Virus record (IMG/VR): IMGVR_UViG_3300021400_000049 | Location: 10,462-74,461 of that record | Reading direction: 5' to 3' (one strand) | Length of the DNA stretch: 64,000 nucleotides | Source: a virus | Taxonomy: Duplodnaviria; Caudoviricetes | Part shown: one piece after another, positions 1 through 9,145 of the stretch | How the letters are laid out: each line of letters starts with the position of its first letter | How positions within the stretch are numbered: the stretch's first letter is position 1 | The notes under the pieces: generated by a model | What the model was told of the DNA's origin: nothing | The model's database searches: none | What the model saw: the letters and a program-made list of their open reading frames with translations, nothing else | Made by a program: the position numbers and the translations under genes

Positions 1-2
1 GA

Positions 3-713
3 ACAATCATAGAAAACTCAGATGGTAGTACATACACATTAAATCGTATAGATTACGACTATGTGATACATGAAAAACCTATAAATACTCAAGACACTGA
101 TTTTCAGTGTACTGAAAATCAAGCTACTGAAAATCAAGCTACTGAAAACCCCTACCAAATAAATACTAAAAAAACAAATACTAAAAAAACAAATACTAAC
201 CAAAAAAGCACCGGCTCCGGTGCTTCTTCTAAAAATCATTCTCAGGTCTACAAGAAAAGAGAAGTTCTAAATGATGATTTACAGAGTGGAAAAGATATAG
301 ATAAACAAAAGAGTGACCAGAGAAAATCTCCAAAAGACAAATTCAAAGATGAGTGTTTAGATATTATAGATAAAGAGTATTCAGACGAGACCAAAGATTT
401 ACTTATAGAATACTTTGATTTTGTTAGTTCTGTTCCAGAAGATAAAGACAATCTATGTAAGCGTGTTAAGACTGTAAAAGCATGGAGACATAAGTTAGAC
501 AGACTAAATGAGCTTGTAAAAGATGGCTATGACCCGATAGCTATTATTCAGCAAAGTTTGGATAAGAAGCAGTATGTATTTTATCCACTACAGTCTGTAC
601 AAAAGAAATCTAAAGGAAAAGAAACGCTCAGTGATAAACTTGTAGGTACAGATTTAGAGGATGCAAAAAGAAGATACCAAGAAGCAATAGATAATGGGGA
701 GGAGTTTTTCTAA
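3..713 (+). CDS. Phage replication initiator (5'-truncated; frame open to the window edge)
   Basis: Frame of ORF 63..713 has no stop back to nt 3. Internal iteron-like repeats, and it lies directly upstream of a DnaC-like loader and DnaB (lambda O/P-like layout). Confidence 0.6.
   Translation, partial: TIIENSDGSTYTLNRIDYDYVIHEKPINTQDTDFQCTENQATENQATENPYQINTKKTNTKKTNTNQKSTGSGASSKNHSQVYKKREVLNDDLQSGKDIDKQKSDQRKSPKDKFKDECLDIIDKEYSDETKDLLIEYFDFVSSVPEDKDNLCKRVKTVKAWRHKLDRLNELVKDGYDPIAIIQQSLDKKQYVFYPLQSVQKKSKGKETLSDKLVGTDLEDAKRRYQEAIDNGEEFF
98..224. repeat. Probable replication origin inside the initiator gene
   Basis: ACTGAAAA(T/C)C at 111, 126, 141 plus an inverted copy at 99-108; tandem AT-rich AAATACTAAAAAAAC at 161-200; palindrome AGCACCGG-CT-CCGGTGCT at 207-224. 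Confidence 0.6.
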
Positions 714-1396
714 TGAATGAGACAATGAATGAAGCAAATTGGCATGTATGGAATAAAGCTCAACTAGATAGTTTAGATTTCACAGAAAAATTTATACTAA
801 AGAATAGTTATCTTCCAAGATACCAATATATAGAAGATAATTTAGTACCTGATATAGATACTACACAATTTCTAAGGCTGAGAGAAATAAGAGGTAATAT
901 GCGTAACTTTTTAAATAGCAGTACAAATAATCTCGTATTGTGTAGTGAACATCTAGGTAATGGTAAAACATCATGGGCAGTAAAATTGATGCTTACATAT
1001 ATAGAGTTACAAAAGGGTAAATTAGACTATGTAGATGAGAATGAGGTGAATGTAGATAATTTTGATTATTGTGTATTTTGTCAGTCAGTACCTTTTCTTG
1101 TAGAGATGAAACAGTTCGGTAACAATAAGAAAAGCTATGAAATGTATCAAAGATTATGCAAAACAAATTTAGCAGTCATTGATGATTTAGGCGCAGTACC
1201 TATGTCACAGTATGATTACAACATTATATATGCAATTCTTGAAAGAAGGCTGTTCTCAGGATTACCTACTATTATCACAACAAACTTTGTATCAAAAGAT
1301 TTAGCAGAGAAGGAGTTAGGTGTAAGACTAGCAGATAGAATATGGAATAATTCAGAAATAATAGAATTTAAAAGTAAGGGGTTTAGGGGAGTATGA
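713..1396 (+). CDS. DnaC/IstB-like AAA+ helicase loader
   Basis: Walker A GNGKT, Walker B AVIDDLG, PTIITTN, RLADRI motif. Confidence 0.8.
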   Translation: MNETMNEANWHVWNKAQLDSLDFTEKFILKNSYLPRYQYIEDNLVPDIDTTQFLRLREIRGNMRNFLNSSTNNLVLCSEHLGNGKTSWAVKLMLTYIELQKGKLDYVDENEVNVDNFDYCVFCQSVPFLVEMKQFGNNKKSYEMYQRLCKTNLAVIDDLGAVPMSQYDYNIIYAILERRLFSGLPTIITTNFVSKDLAEKELGVRLADRIWNNSEIIEFKSKGFRGV

Positions 1397-2742
1397 GTGC
1401 AATACATTTGCAAGTATTGACACGAATAGTTGATGGTAAAGACTATTCGTTTATAGAGGATAATAACCTCACAAGTGATATGTTTGATGCATACTCTGAT
1501 GTGTTCGATTTTATAGTAGACCACTATAATCAATACAAAGTTATTCCTGAAGACACGACGGTTCAACAGAAGTTTCCAGACATTGAGTTTGTTGAGGTAA
1601 ATGAAAGTGACGATTATTTATTAGATGAGTTACGGAGTGAGAATATCACCAGTAAACTACAAAATATATTCAGACACGCTAATGAGGTTTCAACAAAAGA
1701 CGGAGCTATAGCCACATTAGAGTATCTTAAAAATGCAATAGCTCATGTTGAGTTTGACAATAGTATAGCTTCCACAGAGATTATAAGCTCATTTAATGAT
1801 AGACTTCAACATACTACAGAGGTATCATTAAACAAAGCTGATTGGTTTATACCTACAGGTTTTGATGAGCTAGATGCAGATATAAATGGTTTTCTGAGAG
1901 GTGATGAGCTTGTAGTTTTATTTGCTCGTACTAATCAAGGTAAATCATGGATTTCTGAGAAGATTGCTACATATATGGCAGAAATAGGGTTCAGAGTAGG
2001 TTACTTCTCTCCTGAGATGGGTGAACTTGATATAGGATATAGATTTGATACTTTACATGGTCACATCTCAAACAATGCTATGAGATTGGGCAGAGAAGAT
2101 GATAAGTTTAGTCTTGAATCTTATAAAGAGTATGGAGATACATTGAGTGCTATATCCGGTAAGTTGTTTGTTACAAGACCTAAGACATTCAATAGAAAAG
2201 TAACTGTATCAAAGTTAAGACAGTGGATAAAGTCTGATAAATTAGACGCACTCTTTATAGATGGTATTACATATCTTACTGATGAGAGATTTAAGAGAGG
2301 TGACAGTAAGACAATCTCATTGACCAATATCTCAGAAGATTTGATGGAACTATCAGCAGAACTGAAACTTCCAATAATAGTTGTAGTGCAAGCTAACAGA
2401 GGTGGTGTAGTAGAAAAGAATAGTTTAGACACTCCAGAGCTAGAAAATATCAGAGATAGTGATGGTATAGCACAGAATGCCAGTATTGTGTATGCCATAC
2501 GACAAGTGAAAACAGGTAGTGGTGAGACATTTCTTATCTTTGACAATAAGAAGATGAGAGGTGGAGAAGTAGGTAAATCCTATAAATATAAATGGGATAT
2601 TAACTATGGTAAGTTTGTTACTGTGACAGATAATGAAATACAACTAAATCAAGATACAGAAGAAGCTCCAGTAAGAGAAAAGAAAGAACCTACTGCAGGT
2701 AAACGTGCTAGACGTAGATTAGAGGCAGAAGATGATTATTGA
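1393..2742 (+). CDS. dnaB: Replicative DnaB-like helicase
   Basis: Walker A ARTNQGKS, FSPEM, LFIDG, IVVVQANR, DSDGIAQNA, KKMRGG. Confidence 0.9.
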   Translation: MSAIHLQVLTRIVDGKDYSFIEDNNLTSDMFDAYSDVFDFIVDHYNQYKVIPEDTTVQQKFPDIEFVEVNESDDYLLDELRSENITSKLQNIFRHANEVSTKDGAIATLEYLKNAIAHVEFDNSIASTEIISSFNDRLQHTTEVSLNKADWFIPTGFDELDADINGFLRGDELVVLFARTNQGKSWISEKIATYMAEIGFRVGYFSPEMGELDIGYRFDTLHGHISNNAMRLGREDDKFSLESYKEYGDTLSAISGKLFVTRPKTFNRKVTVSKLRQWIKSDKLDALFIDGITYLTDERFKRGDSKTISLTNISEDLMELSAELKLPIIVVVQANRGGVVEKNSLDTPELENIRDSDGIAQNASIVYAIRQVKTGSGETFLIFDNKKMRGGEVGKSYKYKWDINYGKFVTVTDNEIQLNQDTEEAPVREKKEPTAGKRARRRLEAEDDY

Positions 2743-3679
2743 TAATACAGAATACTTAATGGACTCAATAGATATAATCAATCTGTTAAAAGTCGATTTA
2801 GCGCAACATAACATTGATTATCTGAAAGATATAAAAGATGGTCCAAAGAATATACAGATTACTTGTCCTTATCATGCTAATGGTCAAGAGCATAAACCAT
2901 CAGCAGGTATAAGAAAGTCAGATGGAGTATTTCATTGTTTTAGTTGTTGTGAAACTCACACTCTACCCGAAGTAATATCATACTGCTTCGGGTATGATGT
3001 GAGTAGTTATGGTAAAAGATGGTTAGATACTCATATACAAGATAGAGTCTACACAAATGGCATAGCCAGATATAAAGAGAGACAGAAAGAAGTAGTAACA
3101 AATAACTTTGTATCGGAAGAAGAACTTGATAGCTATAGATGGACACATCCATATTGGGCAGAAAGAGGTATAGTAAATGAGAGAATCATTGAATTGTTCG
3201 ATTTGGGATATGATAAGAAAACTCAATGCATCACATTTCCAGTTAGAGATAGACAAGGAAACTGTGAATTTGTTGCAAAGCGTTCGGTCAATACAAAGTT
3301 CTTCCAATACCCACAAGGAGTTTCAAAGCCATTGTATGGACTCTATGAGCTATGCTATTTGGGCTTACAAGATGAAGAAATAATTGTATGTGAGTCAATG
3401 ATAGATTGTATTCTATTATGGCAATCAGACCATTATGCAGTAGCATTGAATGGTCTAGGTAATGAAAGACAATTCAAACAATTAAGAGAATTACCATGTA
3501 AAAATCTGATATTAGCTACAGATAATGATAAAGCTGGCAGAGATGCAAGACAGAGGATAAGAAGTAAAGTAACTAATAAATGGATTTCAGAAATAGCATT
3601 TCCTAAAGGAATAAAAGATATAGGGGAATGTTCTAAAGAGCAGATAGATAATATTTTAGATTGGAGGAAATGGTTATGA
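2732..3679 (+). CDS. dnaG: DNA primase (CHC2 zinc finger + TOPRIM)
   Basis: CPYH...HCFSC zinc finger; TOPRIM CESMID and ATDNDKAG. Confidence 0.9.
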   Translation: MIIDNTEYLMDSIDIINLLKVDLAQHNIDYLKDIKDGPKNIQITCPYHANGQEHKPSAGIRKSDGVFHCFSCCETHTLPEVISYCFGYDVSSYGKRWLDTHIQDRVYTNGIARYKERQKEVVTNNFVSEEELDSYRWTHPYWAERGIVNERIIELFDLGYDKKTQCITFPVRDRQGNCEFVAKRSVNTKFFQYPQGVSKPLYGLYELCYLGLQDEEIIVCESMIDCILLWQSDHYAVALNGLGNERQFKQLRELPCKNLILATDNDKAGRDARQRIRSKVTNKWISEIAFPKGIKDIGECSKEQIDNILDWRKWL

Positions 3680-4311
3680 ATGAAGAACGATTTTTCAGCA
3701 TTATAGTGCCCGCTCATAATGCAGGGAAAACATTGGACAAGTGTCTAACGTCAATCAAGAATCAAAAGTTTACCAATTATGAATTGATAGTGGTGTGTGA
3801 TTCTTGTGATGATAACACGGAAGAAATCGCTAGAAAGTACACAAACAAAGTAGCAAAAGTAAATTATCATAGTGATGGTTCAGCAAGAAATGTCGGATTA
3901 GATATTGCTAAAGGTAGATGGGTGATGTTCATGGATGCAGATGATTGGTATTTACATGAATATTGCTTTAAAATTTTAGCAGACTGCTTGGGTAAACATA
4001 ATGAGGATGTACTTGTCTACTCAATAATATGGAAACATATAGGTTATGTTACTGCGAGAAGTAAGATGGGTACATTATATCCTCATTGTACTAATAAATG
4101 CTGGAAGAGAAGTTTTATAGGTAATACAAGATTTCCAGATAAGTATGTAGCTAATGATGCAGGATTTCACGAATTGATGATGGCAAAGAATCCTGTAATC
4201 TATGAGTATGATACACCGATATATTACTATGATTATCTGAATGGACATAGTAAGTCAGATGAGATAGGTAGAACTGTCGAGAATACAAAAAAGTATTGGA
4301 GTACACATTGA
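3676..4311 (+). CDS. Glycosyltransferase family 2 (GT-A)
   Basis: FSIIVPAHN, ELIVVCDSCDDNT, ARNVGLDIAKG, FMDADD; start follows GGAGG RBS. Confidence 0.85.
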   Translation: MNEERFFSIIVPAHNAGKTLDKCLTSIKNQKFTNYELIVVCDSCDDNTEEIARKYTNKVAKVNYHSDGSARNVGLDIAKGRWVMFMDADDWYLHEYCFKILADCLGKHNEDVLVYSIIWKHIGYVTARSKMGTLYPHCTNKCWKRSFIGNTRFPDKYVANDAGFHELMMAKNPVIYEYDTPIYYYDYLNGHSKSDEIGRTVENTKKYWSTH

Positions 4312-4934
4312 TGAGATTTAGCATAATAATTCCTGCTTACAATTCAGCTAAATATATCGTAAAGGCATTAGAAAGCGTTAAAGCCCAGTCTTTTACAGAT
4401 TATGAGTTGATTGTAGTTTGTGACTCATGTAAGGATAATACTGCTGAGATAGCTATGAGTTACGGTGCGAAAGTTTATATTGGTAATTTTCATAATGATG
4501 GATTATCCAGAAGCAAAGGATTAGATGTAGCTCAAGGTGAGTATGTTTTATTTATGGACGATGATGATTGGTGGCTACATGAGTATGTATTAGAGCAGTT
4601 AAATGAGGAGTTAACAAGATTAAAGGATGCTGATGTACTAGCATTTTCTTTTATATTTAAAGGTATAGGCTACGCATCACCAACGAAAAATCAAGGTAAG
4701 TTATGGGTAGCTGTGTGGAATAAATGTTGGAAACGTGAGTGTATAGGTAGCACAAGATTTCCTAAAATACATTCATGCAGTGATAGATACTTCCATGATG
4801 CTATGATGGAAAAGAAATTGAAAATTTACACATGGGATATGCCTATGTATTATTACAACTATCTTAGAGAAGGTAGTATTTCTCAGAAAGACGGGAGAAA
4901 GGTGAGTGAATTGAAAAAATGTCTAAATATCTAA
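4311..4934 (+). CDS. Glycosyltransferase family 2, paralog of the upstream gene
   Basis: FSIIIPAYN, ELIVVCDSCKDNT, FMDDDD; shares NKCWKR..IG.TRFP with the upstream paralog. Confidence 0.85.
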   Translation: MRFSIIIPAYNSAKYIVKALESVKAQSFTDYELIVVCDSCKDNTAEIAMSYGAKVYIGNFHNDGLSRSKGLDVAQGEYVLFMDDDDWWLHEYVLEQLNEELTRLKDADVLAFSFIFKGIGYASPTKNQGKLWVAVWNKCWKRECIGSTRFPKIHSCSDRYFHDAMMEKKLKIYTWDMPMYYYNYLREGSISQKDGRKVSELKKCLNI

Positions 4935-5581
4935 TTCACGCTTGCGCAAAACGAAAGTGGTATGTAGATGAATTTTTAGTACCATCCATGCTTAAACAAG
5001 GTATAGAACGAGAAAATATATTAGTCTATAATGATAGCTCTAAAGAAGGCTGCCTTAAATCGTTTTTATCATCATATGATAATATTGCATCTGTAGTTGG
5101 TGGTATATGGCATTTACAAGATGATGTAATAATAAGCTCAAACTTTAAGGAGATAACAGAGACATATGATAAAGGTATAGTATGTGGATTCTGTAGTTTT
5201 TATAGCGAAGATGTTCCTTTTGGTATAAGACCTATCAGCGATATTTGGTATTCTTTTCCATGTATACGAATACCAAATATGGTATTTAAGAATTTTGTTA
5301 ATTGGGTAAAATCTCCAGAAATACAGAATAAATATAGAGTATATATTGAACAGAATAAATTTGTGGATATGCTATTTAGAATATTTATAATACAGACTTA
5401 TCCTGATAAGTTGGTACATAATCTGTGCCCTAACATAGTTGATAATGTTGACTATCTGTTAGGTGGCTCAGTGATAAATTATATACGGGATAAAGAGCCT
5501 TTATCATTATATTTTAGTGAGCAAAATTTAATAGAGGAACTTAAACATTCCATAGATAATTCAGTTTACAGACAGAAATAA
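4919..5581 (+). CDS. Putative GT-A fold glycosyltransferase
   Basis: WHLQDDVII DxD-like motif after a beta/alpha N-terminus; translationally coupled to the GT2 pair. Confidence 0.5.
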   Translation: MSKYLIHACAKRKWYVDEFLVPSMLKQGIERENILVYNDSSKEGCLKSFLSSYDNIASVVGGIWHLQDDVIISSNFKEITETYDKGIVCGFCSFYSEDVPFGIRPISDIWYSFPCIRIPNMVFKNFVNWVKSPEIQNKYRVYIEQNKFVDMLFRIFIIQTYPDKLVHNLCPNIVDNVDYLLGGSVINYIRDKEPLSLYFSEQNLIEELKHSIDNSVYRQK

Positions 5582-5593
5582 ATATGTTATAGT
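5565..5593 (+). promoter_or_regulatory. sigma70/sigmaA-type promoter
   Basis: TTTACA-17 nt-TATAGT with extended TG. Confidence 0.6.
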
Positions 5594-5641
5594 ATGTTTG
5601 TAGTCAACAAAACACGTTTAAAACGAAAGGAAACGAAAGAC

Positions 5642-6355
5642 ATGGCAACAGAAAAGAAACCAGTAGGCGAAGTTGGAATTATTGGACAGATGTATGAAGA
5701 AAGAAAGTCCAAGAAAGTAGGTGTATTAGAGAGTAGAAACGAGAAGTTTAAGACTTTGATGATGCGAGATAAAGACGGAAAGTCTTTTAACGTTCAGTAT
5801 TCTACTTTCAGAAGTAACTGGAGAAAGTATCAGGGCGAAGAAGTTATTCAGACTTCTGAACAGAAGGAAGAAATTAAGCAGGCAGCTAAAGAGGAGCTTA
5901 AATTAGCTAAAGAGGAAATGTCAAAATCTACTGAGACCACAATCAAATTCAGTAGACAGGAGAGAGCTGATGCAATTAAGGCTCTTAGAGTTGTGCTTAA
6001 AGATGCGATTAAAAATGCAAAGTATCCTCTTGAAATTGTAAGTCTTGCAAAGGGTGGTACAGTAGTTAAGCTCAAAGGTAAAAGACGTACAATGTTTGAG
6101 ATTTGGTTACCTTTAAGATATCCGGATGTATACTCATTCAGAATGAGAGATGATATTGATAAGTACATCAATCTTACTGAGTCTAAGGAAATCCTTGAGA
6201 AAGACACAAACAATATTCGTTATAGACCTAAGCGTGAGAGGTTTAATGATGTTCTCAAGGAAGTCTTGAGTGCGGTAGAACAGTTTGTTGATGAGACAGA
6301 CTTTTTACAGAAAAACGAGAAGAACGAAAAGAACGAGAAAAAGGAGAAAAACTAA
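5642..6355 (+). CDS. Hypothetical protein (basic; possible DNA-binding)
   Basis: Long ORF behind its own promoter; no motif confidently recognised. Confidence 0.55.
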   Translation: MATEKKPVGEVGIIGQMYEERKSKKVGVLESRNEKFKTLMMRDKDGKSFNVQYSTFRSNWRKYQGEEVIQTSEQKEEIKQAAKEELKLAKEEMSKSTETTIKFSRQERADAIKALRVVLKDAIKNAKYPLEIVSLAKGGTVVKLKGKRRTMFEIWLPLRYPDVYSFRMRDDIDKYINLTESKEILEKDTNNIRYRPKRERFNDVLKEVLSAVEQFVDETDFLQKNEKNEKNEKKEKN

Positions 6356-7062
6356 TGCCACGATTTTCTTATGAAGAAGCTGATAACTACGGAAGTCAGA
6401 ATTTTGAGGGAAAGATTAATTACTTTCAGTTAAGAAAAGACGGAGAGAAAGCGTACATTCATTTGTTAGGTAATGATATGAATGATTTTCCTGGCTATGC
6501 AGTTCATCAGATAACTGTAGGTCAGTCAAAAGCTGGCAAAGATGTACACAGATATGTAAACTGTCTTAGAGAAGCAGGTGCTCCAGTTACAGAGTGCCCG
6601 TTCTGTGCAGAGGGTAAGCATAATCCTGAGTTAAGTAAGGTGTATGCTAAGTTGTTTATTCCTGTATATAATTGTGATACTGATGAGGTGCAGATTTGGG
6701 AAAGAGGTAAGAAGTTCTTTAGGACTCTTGCAAGTTATTGTTCTCATAATCCTAATGTATCAGAGATTGTTACAGAAGTAGAAAGACAGGGTGCAGTAGG
6801 AGATACTGCTACTACATATGGATTATATCCTACAGACGAGAAAGATGATTTCAAGATGGAAAATATCTCAGAAGATATACCTGAGATTCTCGGAGATGTT
6901 GTACTTGATAAGTCTTTTGATGAGATGGATTATTATGTTAAGCATAATGAGTTTGAAGGAGATAAGTCAAATTCAGATTCAGGTGTAACAAGGAGAGATT
7001 CAGGTGAAGCTACTAGCAGAAGAACTCCTACAAGAAGAAGATCCGTAGAAGATGAATATTGA
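6355..7062 (+). CDS. Single-stranded DNA-binding protein, T4 gp32-like
   Basis: H...C...CPFC zinc ligands, LFIPVYN, IWERG, acidic C-terminus; located between primase region and polymerase. Confidence 0.7.
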   Translation: MPRFSYEEADNYGSQNFEGKINYFQLRKDGEKAYIHLLGNDMNDFPGYAVHQITVGQSKAGKDVHRYVNCLREAGAPVTECPFCAEGKHNPELSKVYAKLFIPVYNCDTDEVQIWERGKKFFRTLASYCSHNPNVSEIVTEVERQGAVGDTATTYGLYPTDEKDDFKMENISEDIPEILGDVVLDKSFDEMDYYVKHNEFEGDKSNSDSGVTRRDSGEATSRRTPTRRRSVEDEY

Positions 7063-7067
7063 TTTAA

Positions 7068-7181
7068 TGCCCGTAGAAGTTTGAGGACTGTCTATGAAAG
7101 CTCGTAAATAATGAGAAAGGCATACCCCCAAGTCAACTGCATTTTAGCCAATGCAGTCTCTTTCACAACAAAAGTCGGGTA
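7068..7181 (+). ncRNA. Candidate structured RNA
   Basis: Closing stem TGCCCG/CGGGTA; perfect 8-bp hairpin ACTGCATT-TTAGCC-AATGCAGT (7136-7157); TGAAAG/CTTTCA pairing. Confidence 0.35.
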
Positions 7182-7274
7182 GCACAGTAACTCAGTTGGC
7201 TAGAGGAAGTTATGAGTCTTTTGGTAAGCGTTTCAACTCATAGTGTGTCATGGGTTCGAGTCCCATCTGTGCTA
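7181..7274 (+). tRNA. tRNA-like element with aberrant, extended anticodon arm (no assignable anticodon)
   Basis: Acceptor AGCACAG/CTGTGCT+A; D arm CTC-AGTTGGCTA-GAG; T arm ATGGG-TTCGAGT-CCCAT; anticodon arm about 9 bp with 18-nt loop; no encoded CCA. Confidence 0.65.
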
Positions 7275-7564
7275 TTAGTTGTTCATGGTCAGAGCAACTA
7301 ATCTAGTAGTATTATTTTTCATGGTATGATTAACGCTACAAACAACTTATTTATGTCTACTTTGCTCTATTACATATCAGATAGAGCGGTAACCGTAAAC
7401 TACATCTTGTGGTTAAGATGTTTTTGGATACACAAATGCAAAACACATTGGTCTAAATCGTTTTGTTGTTCAAGTACAACTCCTGACATAAATTGATTAG
7501 CTAAGTTGTAGGTGTCGAACTAAACCGCGACATGGTTTATAAGCTAATACTAAAGGAGAATATT

Positions 7565-9115
7565 ATGCCATTATTTGAGATACAAAAGACAAGTACGGTG
7601 TCACAAGATACTGCACTTTTAAAGAAATCAAAGAAAAGGGCAAGCTCAATTACCACTACTAAATCTAGTAGTGGTAATCTTGTCAATAAGATAAATGCCA
7701 TTAAAGCTATGGTAGAAACTCATTTAGGAAAGTTTGCTGATGAGACCATAATAATTCAAGATGAGCAAACACTTTCCTATTATATAGACAGGTGCATAGA
7801 TAATGGTATATGTGCAATAGATACAGAAACTACAGGACTAGACCCGTTACAAGACGAATTAGTTGGAGTAGGTATTTATACACCAGGTGAAAAGACTGCA
7901 TATATACCAGTAGGTCATATGTCATATGTTACAGGTCAAAAAGTAAAGAATCAGCTATCATTAAATGTAGTTGGTAAGTATCTTGCGAAGCTACAGGAAT
8001 TGATAGATGTGGATATTGATATGTTCAATGCCCCATTCGACATAAGATTCATAAAGAATCATACAGGTACAAGACTAAAGTGTACATGGGATGCTTATTT
8101 AGCATCAAGGTGTCTAAATGAGAATGAGCCTAATAAAGGTTTAAAGAAATTACATCAAAAATATATTCTTAGGGGTGAAGAAGATGCCTTTAAGTTTGAC
8201 GAATTGTTTAAGGGAATAAATTTTGCATATATACCTATACAGACAGGCGCATTATATGCAGCCCATGACCCAAAGATAACTTATGAATATGCACAGTATC
8301 AGAGGGATATATTTAGAACCAAAGATAATCTTAAAGATGTTTATTGGGTATTCAAGAATATAGAAATGCCTTGTGTTGATGCAGTAGTCGATATGGAAGA
8401 CACAGGAATAGAATTTGATTTTGAATACAATGATAAGCTCAAAGAGAAATATCACAAGCTACTGGAAGAGAAGGAAACAAATTTCCACAAGCTCTGTGAG
8501 ATGTATAGAGATGAGATTGATAATTATAGCGGTGCAGTAAGATTAGACAATCCTATAAACATACAATCTGTACCTCAATTACAAGCTCTTTTGTATGATA
8601 TAGCAAAGATAGAACCTGTAATAGATAAGAAAACAAAGAAGCCTACAAGAAGTACATCTGAGGACACATTAAAGAGATTAAAGAATCCATTAGCAGATGC
8701 AATACTTGAATATAGGGCATTCTCTACAATAGTCAGTACATTCATAGACAAACTTCCTGAGTGTGTTAATCCAAAAGATGGTAGAATACATTGTAAATTT
8801 AATCAGTATGGTGCTGATACAGGAAGATTTTCTAGTAGTGACCCTAACCTCCAGAACATACCCAGTCATAATAAAGAAATACGAAAGATGTTCAAAGCTA
8901 CAGATGGTGAATACATTGTTAGCACAGATACAGATACTTTGGAAGTAGATAGATTTACAGAAGTTGAAACACCAGAAGGATGGAAGTATTCAGATACTTT
9001 AAAAGCAGGCGACTTGTTATTAGTAACAGATGAAGATGGTGAAGCAGAATATGAGATAGATGCCGTTGATGTGTTAGACGAAAAAGTTGTTATCAGACTA
9101 TACTTACCAAGTTGA
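7565..9115 (+). CDS. polA: DNA polymerase family A, N-terminal part (3'-5' exonuclease, thumb, start of palm) ending in a Hint-like domain
   Basis: Exo motifs AIDTETTGLD, FNAPFD, YAAHD; TGRFSSSDPNLQNIP; start placed after AAGGAG at 7553-7558. Confidence 0.9.
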   Translation: MPLFEIQKTSTVSQDTALLKKSKKRASSITTTKSSSGNLVNKINAIKAMVETHLGKFADETIIIQDEQTLSYYIDRCIDNGICAIDTETTGLDPLQDELVGVGIYTPGEKTAYIPVGHMSYVTGQKVKNQLSLNVVGKYLAKLQELIDVDIDMFNAPFDIRFIKNHTGTRLKCTWDAYLASRCLNENEPNKGLKKLHQKYILRGEEDAFKFDELFKGINFAYIPIQTGALYAAHDPKITYEYAQYQRDIFRTKDNLKDVYWVFKNIEMPCVDAVVDMEDTGIEFDFEYNDKLKEKYHKLLEEKETNFHKLCEMYRDEIDNYSGAVRLDNPINIQSVPQLQALLYDIAKIEPVIDKKTKKPTRSTSEDTLKRLKNPLADAILEYRAFSTIVSTFIDKLPECVNPKDGRIHCKFNQYGADTGRFSSSDPNLQNIPSHNKEIRKMFKATDGEYIVSTDTDTLEVDRFTEVETPEGWKYSDTLKAGDLLLVTDEDGEAEYEIDAVDVLDEKVVIRLYLPS

Positions 9116-9139
9116 CTTGTTGAGAAAATTCAGTATAAT
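9112..9139 (+). promoter_or_regulatory. Promoter for the GIY-YIG gene (probably leaderless mRNA)
   Basis: TTGACT-16 nt-TATAAT; ATG lies 7 nt after the -10 box with no RBS. Confidence 0.6.
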
Positions 9140-9145
9140 TAACTT

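Noticed and set aside
7181-7274. Standard decoding tRNA with an assignable anticodon
   Set aside because: An 18-nt loop cannot be read as a 7-nt anticodon loop; kept only as tRNA-like.
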